A stretch of 64,000 nt of DNA from Armatimonadota bacterium (GTDB lineage Bacteria > Armatimonadota > UBA5829 > DTLH01): NCBI GenBank assembly GCA_039679675.1, contig JBDKUN010000019.1:1-64000 (forward strand). The letters are read 5' to 3'. The position numbers were made by a program, and so were the translations under genes. Numbering within the stretch: the first letter of the stretch is position 1; every line of letters begins with the position of its first letter. Positions 41,501-50,631 of the stretch are shown in pieces. Below the pieces are notes generated by a model. The model saw nothing but the letters and a program-made list of their open reading frames with translations. It did not search any database and had not been told where the DNA came from.

Positions 41501-44500
41501 GATTATAGGTATGGGCTTGATTGGCTCACAAATTACAATACAAATATGGATTTCCCTGTAGTATTTACAGGTGGTGATCCATTGACTCCGGTTATGCCAT
41601 CTCCGATAGTATCTGATTCGATAATCAGCGACGACGGTGCATCAAGTACGACTTATAAGTTCCGGGTTCGTTACTGGAACAAAGACAACATTGCCCCAAG
41701 ACCTTGGCTAAAACCCTGGGCGGATGAAATAGGAGCCACAGAATCAACAGGAGTTGTGCTTTACCTCGACTTGGAGAATGTTCTTGATCTTCCAGCGGCG
41801 GGGCAGCATGCAAGCTATAGACCGCACTTTATGACCAAGGAAAATCCGGCAGATAGAGATTATACTGACGGGTGTGATTATATTTATACAATTGAGCCAA
41901 CATCTTCGAATGAATATTTAGCTTTCCTAACGGGAACATATCACTATTTCTTCGGATGTGCGGACGATTCACTTACATTCGATGATAGCGACTATACCGT
42001 TCTACCGGATACTGACAAATTGCTATTTGAATATCAGTTGAACGCTGGAAGTTGGGCCAACTATGGAAAAAATGACAGGAATACAACTCGCTCAAGTACC
42101 GGTATAGATCCTCTCGAGCCGAGAAACCTTACTGACACAGAAGGTAGACCTTGGATGGCGAGAGCAATAGGTAGGCGTTACAGTGCCTTCGGTGATGATG
42201 GCCCAGGTAGGCCAGCTAAGGAAGACCGTGGTCCGCAAGATTGGCAGATATATGTCGATAGACAGGATAGAGCTCCTGGTCAATTCGAATTCCAATATCC
42301 TCAGCAGTATGAGTGGGCATGTACGAAGCATCCAGATGTATCGATTATGCTGAGTGGATATACCGACAAAGCCTCAGATGGTTATGCAAGGTTCTTCGGT
42401 ACAATCAAGCCGTTCTATAGAGCGGTAAATCCGAGCAAAGATACAGTGTGGACGTCAGGTGGCTTCGGCTATATGGCCTCCCGCATGGAAACATGCGGCG
42501 CAAGGACATCGACCATGCTTACGTTCAAAGTAAAATGCTACCAAAGGGATAATACTCCACCACTCTGGGTGAAGGTATATGTTAATAATGATAGTCTGAA
42601 GATTTTGGATTATAAGACCGGCCAATCGATGAAGCCTGAGAACGGTGGGTACACAGGCTATACAATGATGCCTGCCGAGGTCCAGTCATCTAAAGGTCAA
42701 TCGCAGACACCTCCATACGATTATACGCTTGGTGTCGATTACGAATATAAGACCCAGCTTTCTGCAGGGCCACATACTTACTTCTTCCTGGCTAACGATG
42801 GAATAGCGACTGCGCTTTATCCTGCAAGGCCGGAAGGTGATAAATGGATAGCAGGTGTACAGCAGAATGATGATCCTGGATTTGATAATAATTATTGTCC
42901 TGGACCATATGTCAACAATGCATGCCAGCTGCTGACCCCAAGCGTAACACCTGCAACAGGTATACAGGGACAGCAGTATGTATATAGAGTGCTTTATAAA
43001 GATGCTGACGGGCAGCGTCCGTATCAGACAAAGCTGTATATAGATACAGGCACCACAGCAGGTACTATATCTGTAGATATGCTGAAAGAGGACCCGACAG
43101 CATCTGACTATAAAGGTGAAGGTGTGTGGTATGTGTTTAACACGGCCACAATGGAGGATTTTGCACTTGCTAAGGGTGTAAGACGATATAGATTCGAATT
43201 TATAGATGACTGGGGCAGGCCAGCAGATCCTAACGATGTAGTTAAAGGGGAAACTACCTACTATCCTGCATCTGGTGCATGGGTTGATGGTCCTACCATT
43301 GGCGAGAACGTGCCTCCAACATTGAGGTATGGAGAGGTTGTATCGCCAGATGGCACAGCAAACGGCGCTACACTTTGGCAGTTCCAAGTCGAATATAAGG
43401 ATATCAATAACGATTCTCCGAAGTATGTAACTCTTTATATCGGTAAGTTGCAGGCAGATGGCACGACGATAAAGTGGGATAACGGCAGTCAGATGACACA
43501 AGCCGATCCTGGTGACAACATCTATAGTGATGGCTGTAAATTCGTGTTCCAGAAGAGGCTTGAGGAGACAGTTGATCCTATAACAGGAACACCAGATCCT
43601 ACATATGATAAACCATTATACTATTATGCATTTGAAGCATCCGATGGCGTAAATCTGGCGACTTGGGTAGACGTAGACGATCCAACACCGGATAGAATTT
43701 CTGAGTCGGCCGGATGCATTCTCAAGGAAACGCTTACAACAACAGATAATCTCACTTATTCGAGTAGTAAGAAGCCTCTTGTTGGTACGCTGCAGAACCA
43801 GCCGACCAATGCAGGTATTCTGATTGACCCGATTGTGTGGAGATATCCCGGAGGAGATACATCGAGTCCGGAAATTCTGAGCCGGGAAGATGAATATGTA
43901 TGTAAAGGCGTAAATCAGAATCTGGCAGATGCTAAAATAGTATCGAGATATTATCCGCCAGACCCACCTGGTTCACCGAAAGTTGTAGTAGACCCGGTAG
44001 ACCCGGCATATAAGCCAAATATTACTGAGGTTCTCGGTGTATATGATAATCCTGATCTGACAGGAACAAATTACTTCCTTGCTGATGATGATACACCAGG
44101 TACATATTCGAGTGCCACTGACATGATAACTCTGCAGAAGAGTCTGCCTTATGGGCAAAATTGGGTTTGGATCAAGTATAGCCACAGCGGAAATAATACA
44201 TATACGCTGAATCGATGGACTGGCGAATTTACCTTCGGTAATGCTATGGATCCTAACGATGTGCTGGCAGTAGACTACTTCTTTGCGACAAAACATAACA
44301 TTCCGATTGGAACAAACATACTGCCGACGTTGAGTAATCCGAAACTAACGCCGATGGTAGGTGGGTCCGGCACAGACTTCATATATTCAGTTGAGTATAA
44401 GGAAACTGAAGGAACGAATGGTCAGGCACCAGCGTTCGTTAGAGTTGTTATCGACGGCGTCGAGCACACGATGAGTACGACAGTGTCTAATACGCCTTCG

Positions 44501-47500
44501 TACAGATCTGGCGTAATATATAAATATTCTGCAAAGCTTGATAGCGGCGCACATACTTACTATTTCACTACTAGTGATGGCGCAGGTCTGGTAACACTGC
44601 CTGAAACGAATCAGACTACAGGCAAGATTGAGCCATACCTTGGACCGTGGGTGAATAACACACCTGCTTTGAGTGATGGAACAGCAACACCGAACCCGAC
44701 TTCGGGGAGTATAACAACGACACAGAGTGTTGAATACGTGGTGACTTACAGTGATCGTGATGGCGATCTGCCGATTACATTGGTTCCGTTTACTAACGAT
44801 CTAGGGTCTGCTGATGCAGTGAAGCTTATGCAGTTCCCGATGCCGTTACTATATGTAGACAATACCAGCGAAACCTGGAATGTAGGTATTGTTGATGACA
44901 TTCTTGAGGATCCAGCGCAGCCTGGTAAATACAGGTGTATTCGTGTCCTCGGAAGCGACGGTCAGACCGCAAATTACAAAGCGGACCAGTTTGCAGGCAA
45001 ACTGCTGCAGTTCATTGGTGGTGATCTGGATGGAAGAGTATATCTGATAGCCAACAATACAAGCAGCGTTCTCAAACTGATGACAGATGATATCATAGTG
45101 GATGGTCTTGCGAAGGGGACTACATTCTCAATTGGAACATTGAAGATGTATAAGGATCCTCAGGAACAGAATAACTATCCAGCTGGTGTTATATATAAAA
45201 TAATAATTCCGCAGCTGCTTGATGGATCTCATGTGTTCCACTACAAGGCTGCATCGATAATGACCCCACCATCGTGGGTTGGGGCACCTTGGGATACGAC
45301 TACTGTGTCCAGTATGGTCAGATACCCGGCTTCCGGTGAGCTGACAGGGCCTTCAGTAGCGGCACAGGCGCCGTCTGGAAACCATATTCCTGTGTTGTCA
45401 TTATCTTCGGGTGATGTTGCAGTGTCGCCTGCAAGTGGTAAGGCATCAGATACTTATGATTTCGTTATAAGTTATCGTGATGGAGATGGCGATCCGCCCA
45501 GGTATCATGACAAAGTTATGGGCAGCATGCGCGTTGTCTTCAGCGATGGCAGTTACGCAGCGGACTTGGTTCCAGTTGTCGCTGAAAATCAGAGTGATAC
45601 AAGCTTCTATATAACTGATAGAAGATTTACCGTTAAGGCAAATGGACTCCCTGAAGGTAACCATAAGTTCCACTTCGAGGCGTCAGATGGTTGGAATAAG
45701 GTTCGTTGGCCTGTCGCATCTCAAGGTGATGATGAATCTGAAAATGATCCTGTCGTAGTAGTGAATGCCAAAGCAAAACTGACTGATACGGCGGTAAATC
45801 CTCCAAATGGGGATACAAATACGACATTCACGCTGAGCGTGAAGTATTCAGATGTTAATGGAGAAAGGCCTTACGTCGATTCCGGCACCGGCAAAGAACA
45901 GGTATGGGTTGAATTCGGCGGGGATAGCAGCAACAAGTTATACCTGACAAGAATTGCAGCCGACACCGATTTTGCCAGCGGAGTAACTTATAAAGGCACA
46001 AAATCAGGATTACCTGCTGGTGCCATTCAGACTGTATTCAAGACAAAAGATAGTCTTGGAGAATTGACAACTGTAAGTGGGCCTACCATCGCAGTAAGCA
46101 CGAACCTGAATGTTCCGGTTCTGGCTTCGGCGAAGGTGTTCAATACTGCAAAACCCGCAGACATTAATGAACTGGCTTCGGGTGGAACAGCAAATACATT
46201 CCGATATGAAGTGAAGTATAGCGATCCGGATGGAGATATGCCGGTAGTTGTACAAAACGGAACAGTTGTTGAAGGCATAAAACTATATATAGACGGTGTA
46301 TTGGAAGGGGTTATGACACAGAGAGCTGCTGATGTATATCTGCAGAATGGTAAACCCGACTATACAAAATCCGTTACATATTGGTATACGAAGCTGGGTG
46401 AAAATTATAGTTCTGCTATAAATACTCACAGCTTCTACTTCCTTGCAAAGGATGGAAGTTCTGCGGATGCTCATGAAGTGAAATCGGCTACGATTACTGG
46501 ACCGGTCATTCTTTCAGGTTCGATTGTTATGGCCAGACAGACTTATAGCACGGTTAGCGGAACATGGGTGGATAAAGATCCGCAGCTTGCGGAGAGAGTA
46601 AAGATAACAGGTGTCCTGAATGAGTCAGCGGCAAAACCGATACCTGGCTCACAGACTATAAAAATAACAATAACAAGGCCTGATGGGACGGTATCAACGA
46701 TTACCAGAATAGGAGCAGCAGAGACTACTTCAACAGTGAAGAAGAACCAGTTCACATTTGAAATGGAAACACCGATGATGAATAAGAACTGGGTAGTAAC
46801 TGCCAAATGGGATGGTAATTCGGACTACACTACGCCGGTTACAGCTGAATTAAAGGTGAATGTAAGAGGACCGAGCCGTGTAGTAGCAACTCAGGATATG
46901 AGTTCACCGGCTACAAGCACCCCTGTTGTTGATATGGTCTGTATGCCGCTTACTGCAATAAATGGTGATCCTGGATCACTCTTCGGATACGATCGGGCGA
47001 GGTTAATGCAGATCGTAAGATGGGATCCTGAGCAGCGGACATATATGTCCTATGGTGATACATACTTCCCGCAGCTTACCACTGGAAATGCCGTGTGGAT
47101 TCTGCCGAAATCGCAGTATCCGGCGGAAACGATTGCTGAGAGTGATCTGGTATCGCCGGTAGACTCAAGTCTGAGCATTGTTATCGGGAATCAATATAGA
47201 CTACTCAGACCGTTTGGCCGGTTGTATGATCAGCAGCAGGATTGTGAGATCGTATTGAAACAAGGATGGAACCAGATAGGTTCACCGTATATGGTTCCGA
47301 CCTTACTCAAGGATGCTACAGTGATATACCAGGGCAATGTGGCCTCTATAGATCAGGCAGCTGCAAACGGATGGATAAGGAACTATGCTTGGATGTGGGA
47401 TCCTGCTACACAGCAGGCTGATAAGCTGATCCATCCGACGAGGTCGGATGCTTACAAACGGACAATCGATCCGTGGAGAGGTTATTGGATAAGAGCTCTC

Positions 47501-47644
47501 GTAAACTGCACATTGGTATTGAAAGCGCCGTCAACCACAGCAACAGCAACGTCGCTCGAAGTGCAGGAATATGGAGTGACTGCCAGAAACAGCAATGCAC
47601 AATCACTGGATATGCCGCCTGCTGCACCAGGCAATGGCAAGTAG
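38597..47644 (+). CDS. Giant (about 3015 aa) secreted repeat protein
   Basis: Signal peptide MIGVCKRL...PVYA (ATG 38597; ORF track starts 38537). About nine YxDxDGDxP...GxHxYxFxAxDG repeats, three GxYDNxxLxGxNY repeats and a C-terminal GWNQIGSP...PWRGYWIRA module. Confidence 0.8.
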   Translation: MIGVCKRLALVLVLILGIMSPVYADMGTVTAGPTDPTVNSISNLRAVWTDSEQKLPDTEVWRTYETGRNRLNTPSPWQANPSYYSLQPDPDATVTETYNAVNVVESVYVELDGSGNINLPENAVGIKGVWLDRWQRKNVWPGGAFTGSQITSAQLTLPAGTQHVFVSYYKAGTKLIKVNSVPLPSEYTVYRYPVSTGTSKIVINPEILRLDPDTAGLRNGGGDEWSNLIGIYDNPSLKGINYAAGRNIDTATSTVTLARAVSGNIRNLYVKVSTYAVDYVSINGTQVLPTSYDPDTGEIVLPEEVATGQAVEVAYRPLGKSKVTVAQVPVTAVSGVWTDDSKSTAETVSGFDETTGKISFDPALADGTRSVYCEYTGADMQGVTGEDSWQWREGGKPFPLVRESDDRDQRYASLQLDPVEGGVRKDGGVEKEGDEQVDEWVFRGVDRIDNENAPAVKILADDDTVKTTKGIVTDKATGKRGIFLDPATDPVLVKSVLVTRLVDNVYKTDNLAKYARVIGITNADGNTVRAIFLDAELAELPDDATASRVSYYISGKNMVVVPGPLPMPATVREIDLTNLNQPISDTLRINPDLIAFDPDLENWRANALSSNPLDGYNILGVFDNVNLTGWNYWTPGSGKITLDATGAAVLKLNCVPSNSVTKMFIKISSYAVDGVFTQETGGQNYYPGRLAGAVAGDPATDPKNAGHEYAWYDANVMSETIDSENGETRVGEIHLARSLPTSGQQVYVTWRKLSKNRVSPARPRIMAVPVFQYLDYPDLPMDEISNPPVDGQSMLTQVPPVSSIAATKAFPEGTISIYYMEYYAGMCVGGTATSAIYANGLGRFTYQPMYIVPDETVPPEYVYRSAVSAGLNMSKSLQQPSYDINDQTNNLLLRDPRRHPVDYAPNFTTQPYSIDPANVEFKFYAGRHPERLGSEPRISEKGPISTTVHASTVSRAEDGTVDYGGTYYDYRYGLDWLTNYNTNMDFPVVFTGGDPLTPVMPSPIVSDSIISDDGASSTTYKFRVRYWNKDNIAPRPWLKPWADEIGATESTGVVLYLDLENVLDLPAAGQHASYRPHFMTKENPADRDYTDGCDYIYTIEPTSSNEYLAFLTGTYHYFFGCADDSLTFDDSDYTVLPDTDKLLFEYQLNAGSWANYGKNDRNTTRSSTGIDPLEPRNLTDTEGRPWMARAIGRRYSAFGDDGPGRPAKEDRGPQDWQIYVDRQDRAPGQFEFQYPQQYEWACTKHPDVSIMLSGYTDKASDGYARFFGTIKPFYRAVNPSKDTVWTSGGFGYMASRMETCGARTSTMLTFKVKCYQRDNTPPLWVKVYVNNDSLKILDYKTGQSMKPENGGYTGYTMMPAEVQSSKGQSQTPPYDYTLGVDYEYKTQLSAGPHTYFFLANDGIATALYPARPEGDKWIAGVQQNDDPGFDNNYCPGPYVNNACQLLTPSVTPATGIQGQQYVYRVLYKDADGQRPYQTKLYIDTGTTAGTISVDMLKEDPTASDYKGEGVWYVFNTATMEDFALAKGVRRYRFEFIDDWGRPADPNDVVKGETTYYPASGAWVDGPTIGENVPPTLRYGEVVSPDGTANGATLWQFQVEYKDINNDSPKYVTLYIGKLQADGTTIKWDNGSQMTQADPGDNIYSDGCKFVFQKRLEETVDPITGTPDPTYDKPLYYYAFEASDGVNLATWVDVDDPTPDRISESAGCILKETLTTTDNLTYSSSKKPLVGTLQNQPTNAGILIDPIVWRYPGGDTSSPEILSREDEYVCKGVNQNLADAKIVSRYYPPDPPGSPKVVVDPVDPAYKPNITEVLGVYDNPDLTGTNYFLADDDTPGTYSSATDMITLQKSLPYGQNWVWIKYSHSGNNTYTLNRWTGEFTFGNAMDPNDVLAVDYFFATKHNIPIGTNILPTLSNPKLTPMVGGSGTDFIYSVEYKETEGTNGQAPAFVRVVIDGVEHTMSTTVSNTPSYRSGVIYKYSAKLDSGAHTYYFTTSDGAGLVTLPETNQTTGKIEPYLGPWVNNTPALSDGTATPNPTSGSITTTQSVEYVVTYSDRDGDLPITLVPFTNDLGSADAVKLMQFPMPLLYVDNTSETWNVGIVDDILEDPAQPGKYRCIRVLGSDGQTANYKADQFAGKLLQFIGGDLDGRVYLIANNTSSVLKLMTDDIIVDGLAKGTTFSIGTLKMYKDPQEQNNYPAGVIYKIIIPQLLDGSHVFHYKAASIMTPPSWVGAPWDTTTVSSMVRYPASGELTGPSVAAQAPSGNHIPVLSLSSGDVAVSPASGKASDTYDFVISYRDGDGDPPRYHDKVMGSMRVVFSDGSYAADLVPVVAENQSDTSFYITDRRFTVKANGLPEGNHKFHFEASDGWNKVRWPVASQGDDESENDPVVVVNAKAKLTDTAVNPPNGDTNTTFTLSVKYSDVNGERPYVDSGTGKEQVWVEFGGDSSNKLYLTRIAADTDFASGVTYKGTKSGLPAGAIQTVFKTKDSLGELTTVSGPTIAVSTNLNVPVLASAKVFNTAKPADINELASGGTANTFRYEVKYSDPDGDMPVVVQNGTVVEGIKLYIDGVLEGVMTQRAADVYLQNGKPDYTKSVTYWYTKLGENYSSAINTHSFYFLAKDGSSADAHEVKSATITGPVILSGSIVMARQTYSTVSGTWVDKDPQLAERVKITGVLNESAAKPIPGSQTIKITITRPDGTVSTITRIGAAETTSTVKKNQFTFEMETPMMNKNWVVTAKWDGNSDYTTPVTAELKVNVRGPSRVVATQDMSSPATSTPVVDMVCMPLTAINGDPGSLFGYDRARLMQIVRWDPEQRTYMSYGDTYFPQLTTGNAVWILPKSQYPAETIAESDLVSPVDSSLSIVIGNQYRLLRPFGRLYDQQQDCEIVLKQGWNQIGSPYMVPTLLKDATVIYQGNVASIDQAAANGWIRNYAWMWDPATQQADKLIHPTRSDAYKRTIDPWRGYWIRALVNCTLVLKAPSTTATATSLEVQEYGVTARNSNAQSLDMPPAAPGNGK

Positions 47645-47654
47645 ATAAAAACAG

Positions 47655-47683
47655 GCGGGTGTCTCTCATAGAGACCCCGCCTG
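47655..47683 (+). terminator. Hairpin after the giant gene
   Basis: GGCGGGTGTCTCT-cat-AGAGACCCCGCC. No long T-run follows, so it may be an mRNA-stabilising stem rather than a terminator. Confidence 0.45.
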
Positions 47684-47725
47684 CACAATATTATTCACAA
47701 CCTGACTGAAGGAGAAGTTTGACTT

Positions 47726-48538
47726 ATGATTAGGATCAGACAGATGCGCATGGTATCGTATATCGCATCACTGCTGATATTTTCGATGTATATAGCCCCG
47801 GCCGCAAGTCTAGCCAAGCGCGGATCAGATAATGTTCTTCCGAGAAAGACAGTTCTTGTATTTCCGTTCGATAATGCAGCAAAATCCTCAGTAGAAACAT
47901 TATCCAGTGACATATTGACGAGTATGCAAAACGCTATAAGCTCAAATACCGGAATGTGCGTGGTTGCTTTCTCTGAGCAGCTTCCGTCCGTTCAGAGATC
48001 GGTTAGAGAGTTAACACTGAAGCCGGATGATGTAAAGGGGCCGTTCGGAACCGACCAGGAGCAGATGGCTTGTGCCCTTAAGGTGTCTAAAGAAGTTGCA
48101 ACCGACATGCTCTTAATCGGATCTATTGATGCTGTTCAAGTTGATACAGCTAATAATAAGGCTGAAGTTACCTTAAGTGCTATTTTGACGGATGTTCAGA
48201 CCGGAGATACAGTAAAATCTCTGGCTATTACAGGAAAAGCTGCTTCGGATACACAAAAAGCGGAAGCCGATCTGATTTCAATGGCGGCAGCTGACGCAGT
48301 TGCTCAAATATCGAAGGCTCTGGCTCCCGCTGGAGAGTCTGTTAGCTCAACACCGGCAACAAAGAAAGGGAATGAACCTGTAGTAGTAAAAAAGCGAAGC
48401 AAAAAGAAAACAAGCACGCTTCGAAGGTTCATCATCCCGCTCGTAATTGGCGTCACTATCGCTCTTGTTTCGTCGAATGATAGTAATGACAATTCGAACA
48501 GCGGGGATATAGACAATCCTCCTGTGGTTCCATTTTAA
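47726..48538 (+). CDS. Exported CsgG/TolB-N-like protein with basic patch and C-terminal hydrophobic helix
   Basis: Signal peptide; TVLVFPFDN..KEVATDMLLIGSI..LTDVQTGDTVKS; then KKRSKKK..FIIPLVIGVTIALVSS. Confidence 0.6.
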   Translation: MIRIRQMRMVSYIASLLIFSMYIAPAASLAKRGSDNVLPRKTVLVFPFDNAAKSSVETLSSDILTSMQNAISSNTGMCVVAFSEQLPSVQRSVRELTLKPDDVKGPFGTDQEQMACALKVSKEVATDMLLIGSIDAVQVDTANNKAEVTLSAILTDVQTGDTVKSLAITGKAASDTQKAEADLISMAAADAVAQISKALAPAGESVSSTPATKKGNEPVVVKKRSKKKTSTLRRFIIPLVIGVTIALVSSNDSNDNSNSGDIDNPPVVPF

Positions 48539-48662
48539 GGATCAGAAAACCATAAGAATAAGAATTACTTACAGCGTGCCTCATATCCATGAGACACGCT
48601 GTAATTGTATAATGTGCCTGCATGTTTGACGCCCTTTTATACATGAGCTTAAACTATAATAG

Positions 48663-50603
48663 ATGCGAAAAGTAGTATTATTGATCTTACTCGCAGTAAT
48701 TGTGTCCCATCCCGCTAAAGTAGATTCTGCCGGTCTTGCGACGAGTATCTATCTGAGCGCTAATCCTGATGCGATAATCGCAGATGGTAAGAGCATTACG
48801 ACTATAAGCGCAGAGATCAGGGACTCAGATGGAAACCTGGTTTCTGACGGGACACTCGTCAGTTTTTCCAGCAGCCTAGGGACAATTCAACCTTCGGTCA
48901 GCACTATCGCCGGAGTTGCTCGTGCTCGCCTGTCGGGGGGCACTGTGACAGGAACTGCAGCTGTATCTGCCTGGGTCACACAGGGCGGCGCTGTTGGGCA
49001 GGTAAAGGTTGAACTTCTGGCTCCTGGCACTGAAATATCCCGGCAGTCTTTCATAACCATATCTTCAGACAGCTATCTCGCATATGATCCTGAAAAGATG
49101 ATAATCCAAGCTACAGGCGGAGCAACCGTAAGCCATAGAGGCTTGTCGATAAACGCTGACGAGGTAGAATACGACCTGCAGGCAGGAACGATCAAATGCA
49201 GGCAGCGCTCAGGCGGGAAGGTTATAAACCTCTCGCGTGGAAACAAATCACTGCAGGTCTGCGCGCTTTATTATCAGGTAGAAGATATGAAGGGGAAGGC
49301 GATTATCGAGTCAGAAACCGGAAACATGGAGCGTGTGTCTTTTCGTGGAGCCGACATGGCTGTTGAACCGGATACTGATGATCTTTCGCCAGCAATATTC
49401 ACCTTTAAAGATATATCCTTGAGTGATGTGCTGATGAAGGCAACAAGTATAACTGTGCGGCCTAAGGACGAGATACATTTTCGCCATGCACAGGTCTTTA
49501 TAGACGGAAAAAAAGTACTTTCCGTACCGCTTCAAGTGCTTGAATTGGACAACTCGAAGTCTCAGTCGTCGCAATACCTGGGGTGGGGGGCTAACGGGCT
49601 CAAGGTTGATGTGCCGCTCTACTATTCGTTGTCTCCGAATTCGACAGGTGCCCTACATGTTCGGCGCGGGCAACAATCCGGATGGGGATTTTATTCGGGC
49701 AATTCCGGTTGGTCACTCGATCTTGTACAGGATTACACTACAGACACGGGAGGAGAGGGGAATTTCGAGCTGAACAGCGTCAACAGCGGAGATTGGGGCG
49801 CAAACTGGCATTTTAACCAGCAATATGACTCTGGAAGCCGGGTTTACAGTTATCTGTCATTTCCCGATCATAGAGATCTATTCGGAATGATCAACCTGTC
49901 GAAGCCACTGAACAAATCAACCCTGAGTATGAACATATATGGTAACAAGTATCGCGATCAGAATGGAAGTATATCGACGGACCTGTATTTACAGAGCCAG
50001 CCGAAGCCGATTATCGACGGTGCCGCTAACTATGTTCTGCTCGGCCGGACATCTTTTGCGACAGAGAATGATTCAAGCAATGATGGCGTCGGCGCAGGAG
50101 CTCAGATGCAGGTTTATGGCAAGCCGGTTACGTTCAGTAAGCAGGCTGGACTCACGAATACGCTTACAATCGGGCAGGATTGGGGAGGTGTGCGCTCAGG
50201 GTTTTCACTTCTCGGAAATTCTGCATTTAATTACAGGATAGGGAAGACCAGCAGCTTCGGTCTGGTATACTCATATACACGTGATCCCAGCTATTCCGAT
50301 CTAACCGGCCGCCACCGATTGAGCGCGAGCTTGATGTATATGCCTTCGCAGCTCTGGCAAGCGCGGATATTCAGCACGCAGATGCTCGACACCCCGCAAT
50401 CCAGCACATTTGCGGATATTTCATACCGGCTCTACCCGACATGGAGGCTCAATTTACTTCAGACATTCCAGGCATATGATATGTACGACTATTCGGACAC
50501 CGAAATCGCACTTTCCAAAGAGATTCAGGACCATGAAATGATGCTCATCTGGTCTAGATCAAAGAATCAGTTCAGGGTAGAGTTCAACGTAGGGCAGTTT
50601 TGA
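48663..50603 (+). CDS. Ig-like (Big_1/invasin) domain plus OstA/LptD-like outer-membrane beta-barrel protein
   Basis: Signal peptide; LSANPDAIIADGKS..ISAEIRDSDGN..GTLVSF Ig motif; GLSINADEVEYD jellyroll-like stretch; GLKVDVPLYY is LptD-like; alternating aromatic beta-strands; ends FRVEFNVGQF with a terminal Phe. Confidence 0.65.
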   Translation: MRKVVLLILLAVIVSHPAKVDSAGLATSIYLSANPDAIIADGKSITTISAEIRDSDGNLVSDGTLVSFSSSLGTIQPSVSTIAGVARARLSGGTVTGTAAVSAWVTQGGAVGQVKVELLAPGTEISRQSFITISSDSYLAYDPEKMIIQATGGATVSHRGLSINADEVEYDLQAGTIKCRQRSGGKVINLSRGNKSLQVCALYYQVEDMKGKAIIESETGNMERVSFRGADMAVEPDTDDLSPAIFTFKDISLSDVLMKATSITVRPKDEIHFRHAQVFIDGKKVLSVPLQVLELDNSKSQSSQYLGWGANGLKVDVPLYYSLSPNSTGALHVRRGQQSGWGFYSGNSGWSLDLVQDYTTDTGGEGNFELNSVNSGDWGANWHFNQQYDSGSRVYSYLSFPDHRDLFGMINLSKPLNKSTLSMNIYGNKYRDQNGSISTDLYLQSQPKPIIDGAANYVLLGRTSFATENDSSNDGVGAGAQMQVYGKPVTFSKQAGLTNTLTIGQDWGGVRSGFSLLGNSAFNYRIGKTSSFGLVYSYTRDPSYSDLTGRHRLSASLMYMPSQLWQARIFSTQMLDTPQSSTFADISYRLYPTWRLNLLQTFQAYDMYDYSDTEIALSKEIQDHEMMLIWSRSKNQFRVEFNVGQF

Positions 50604-50631
50604 CGAACTGTAAGTATCAGTTCTTGGTGTA

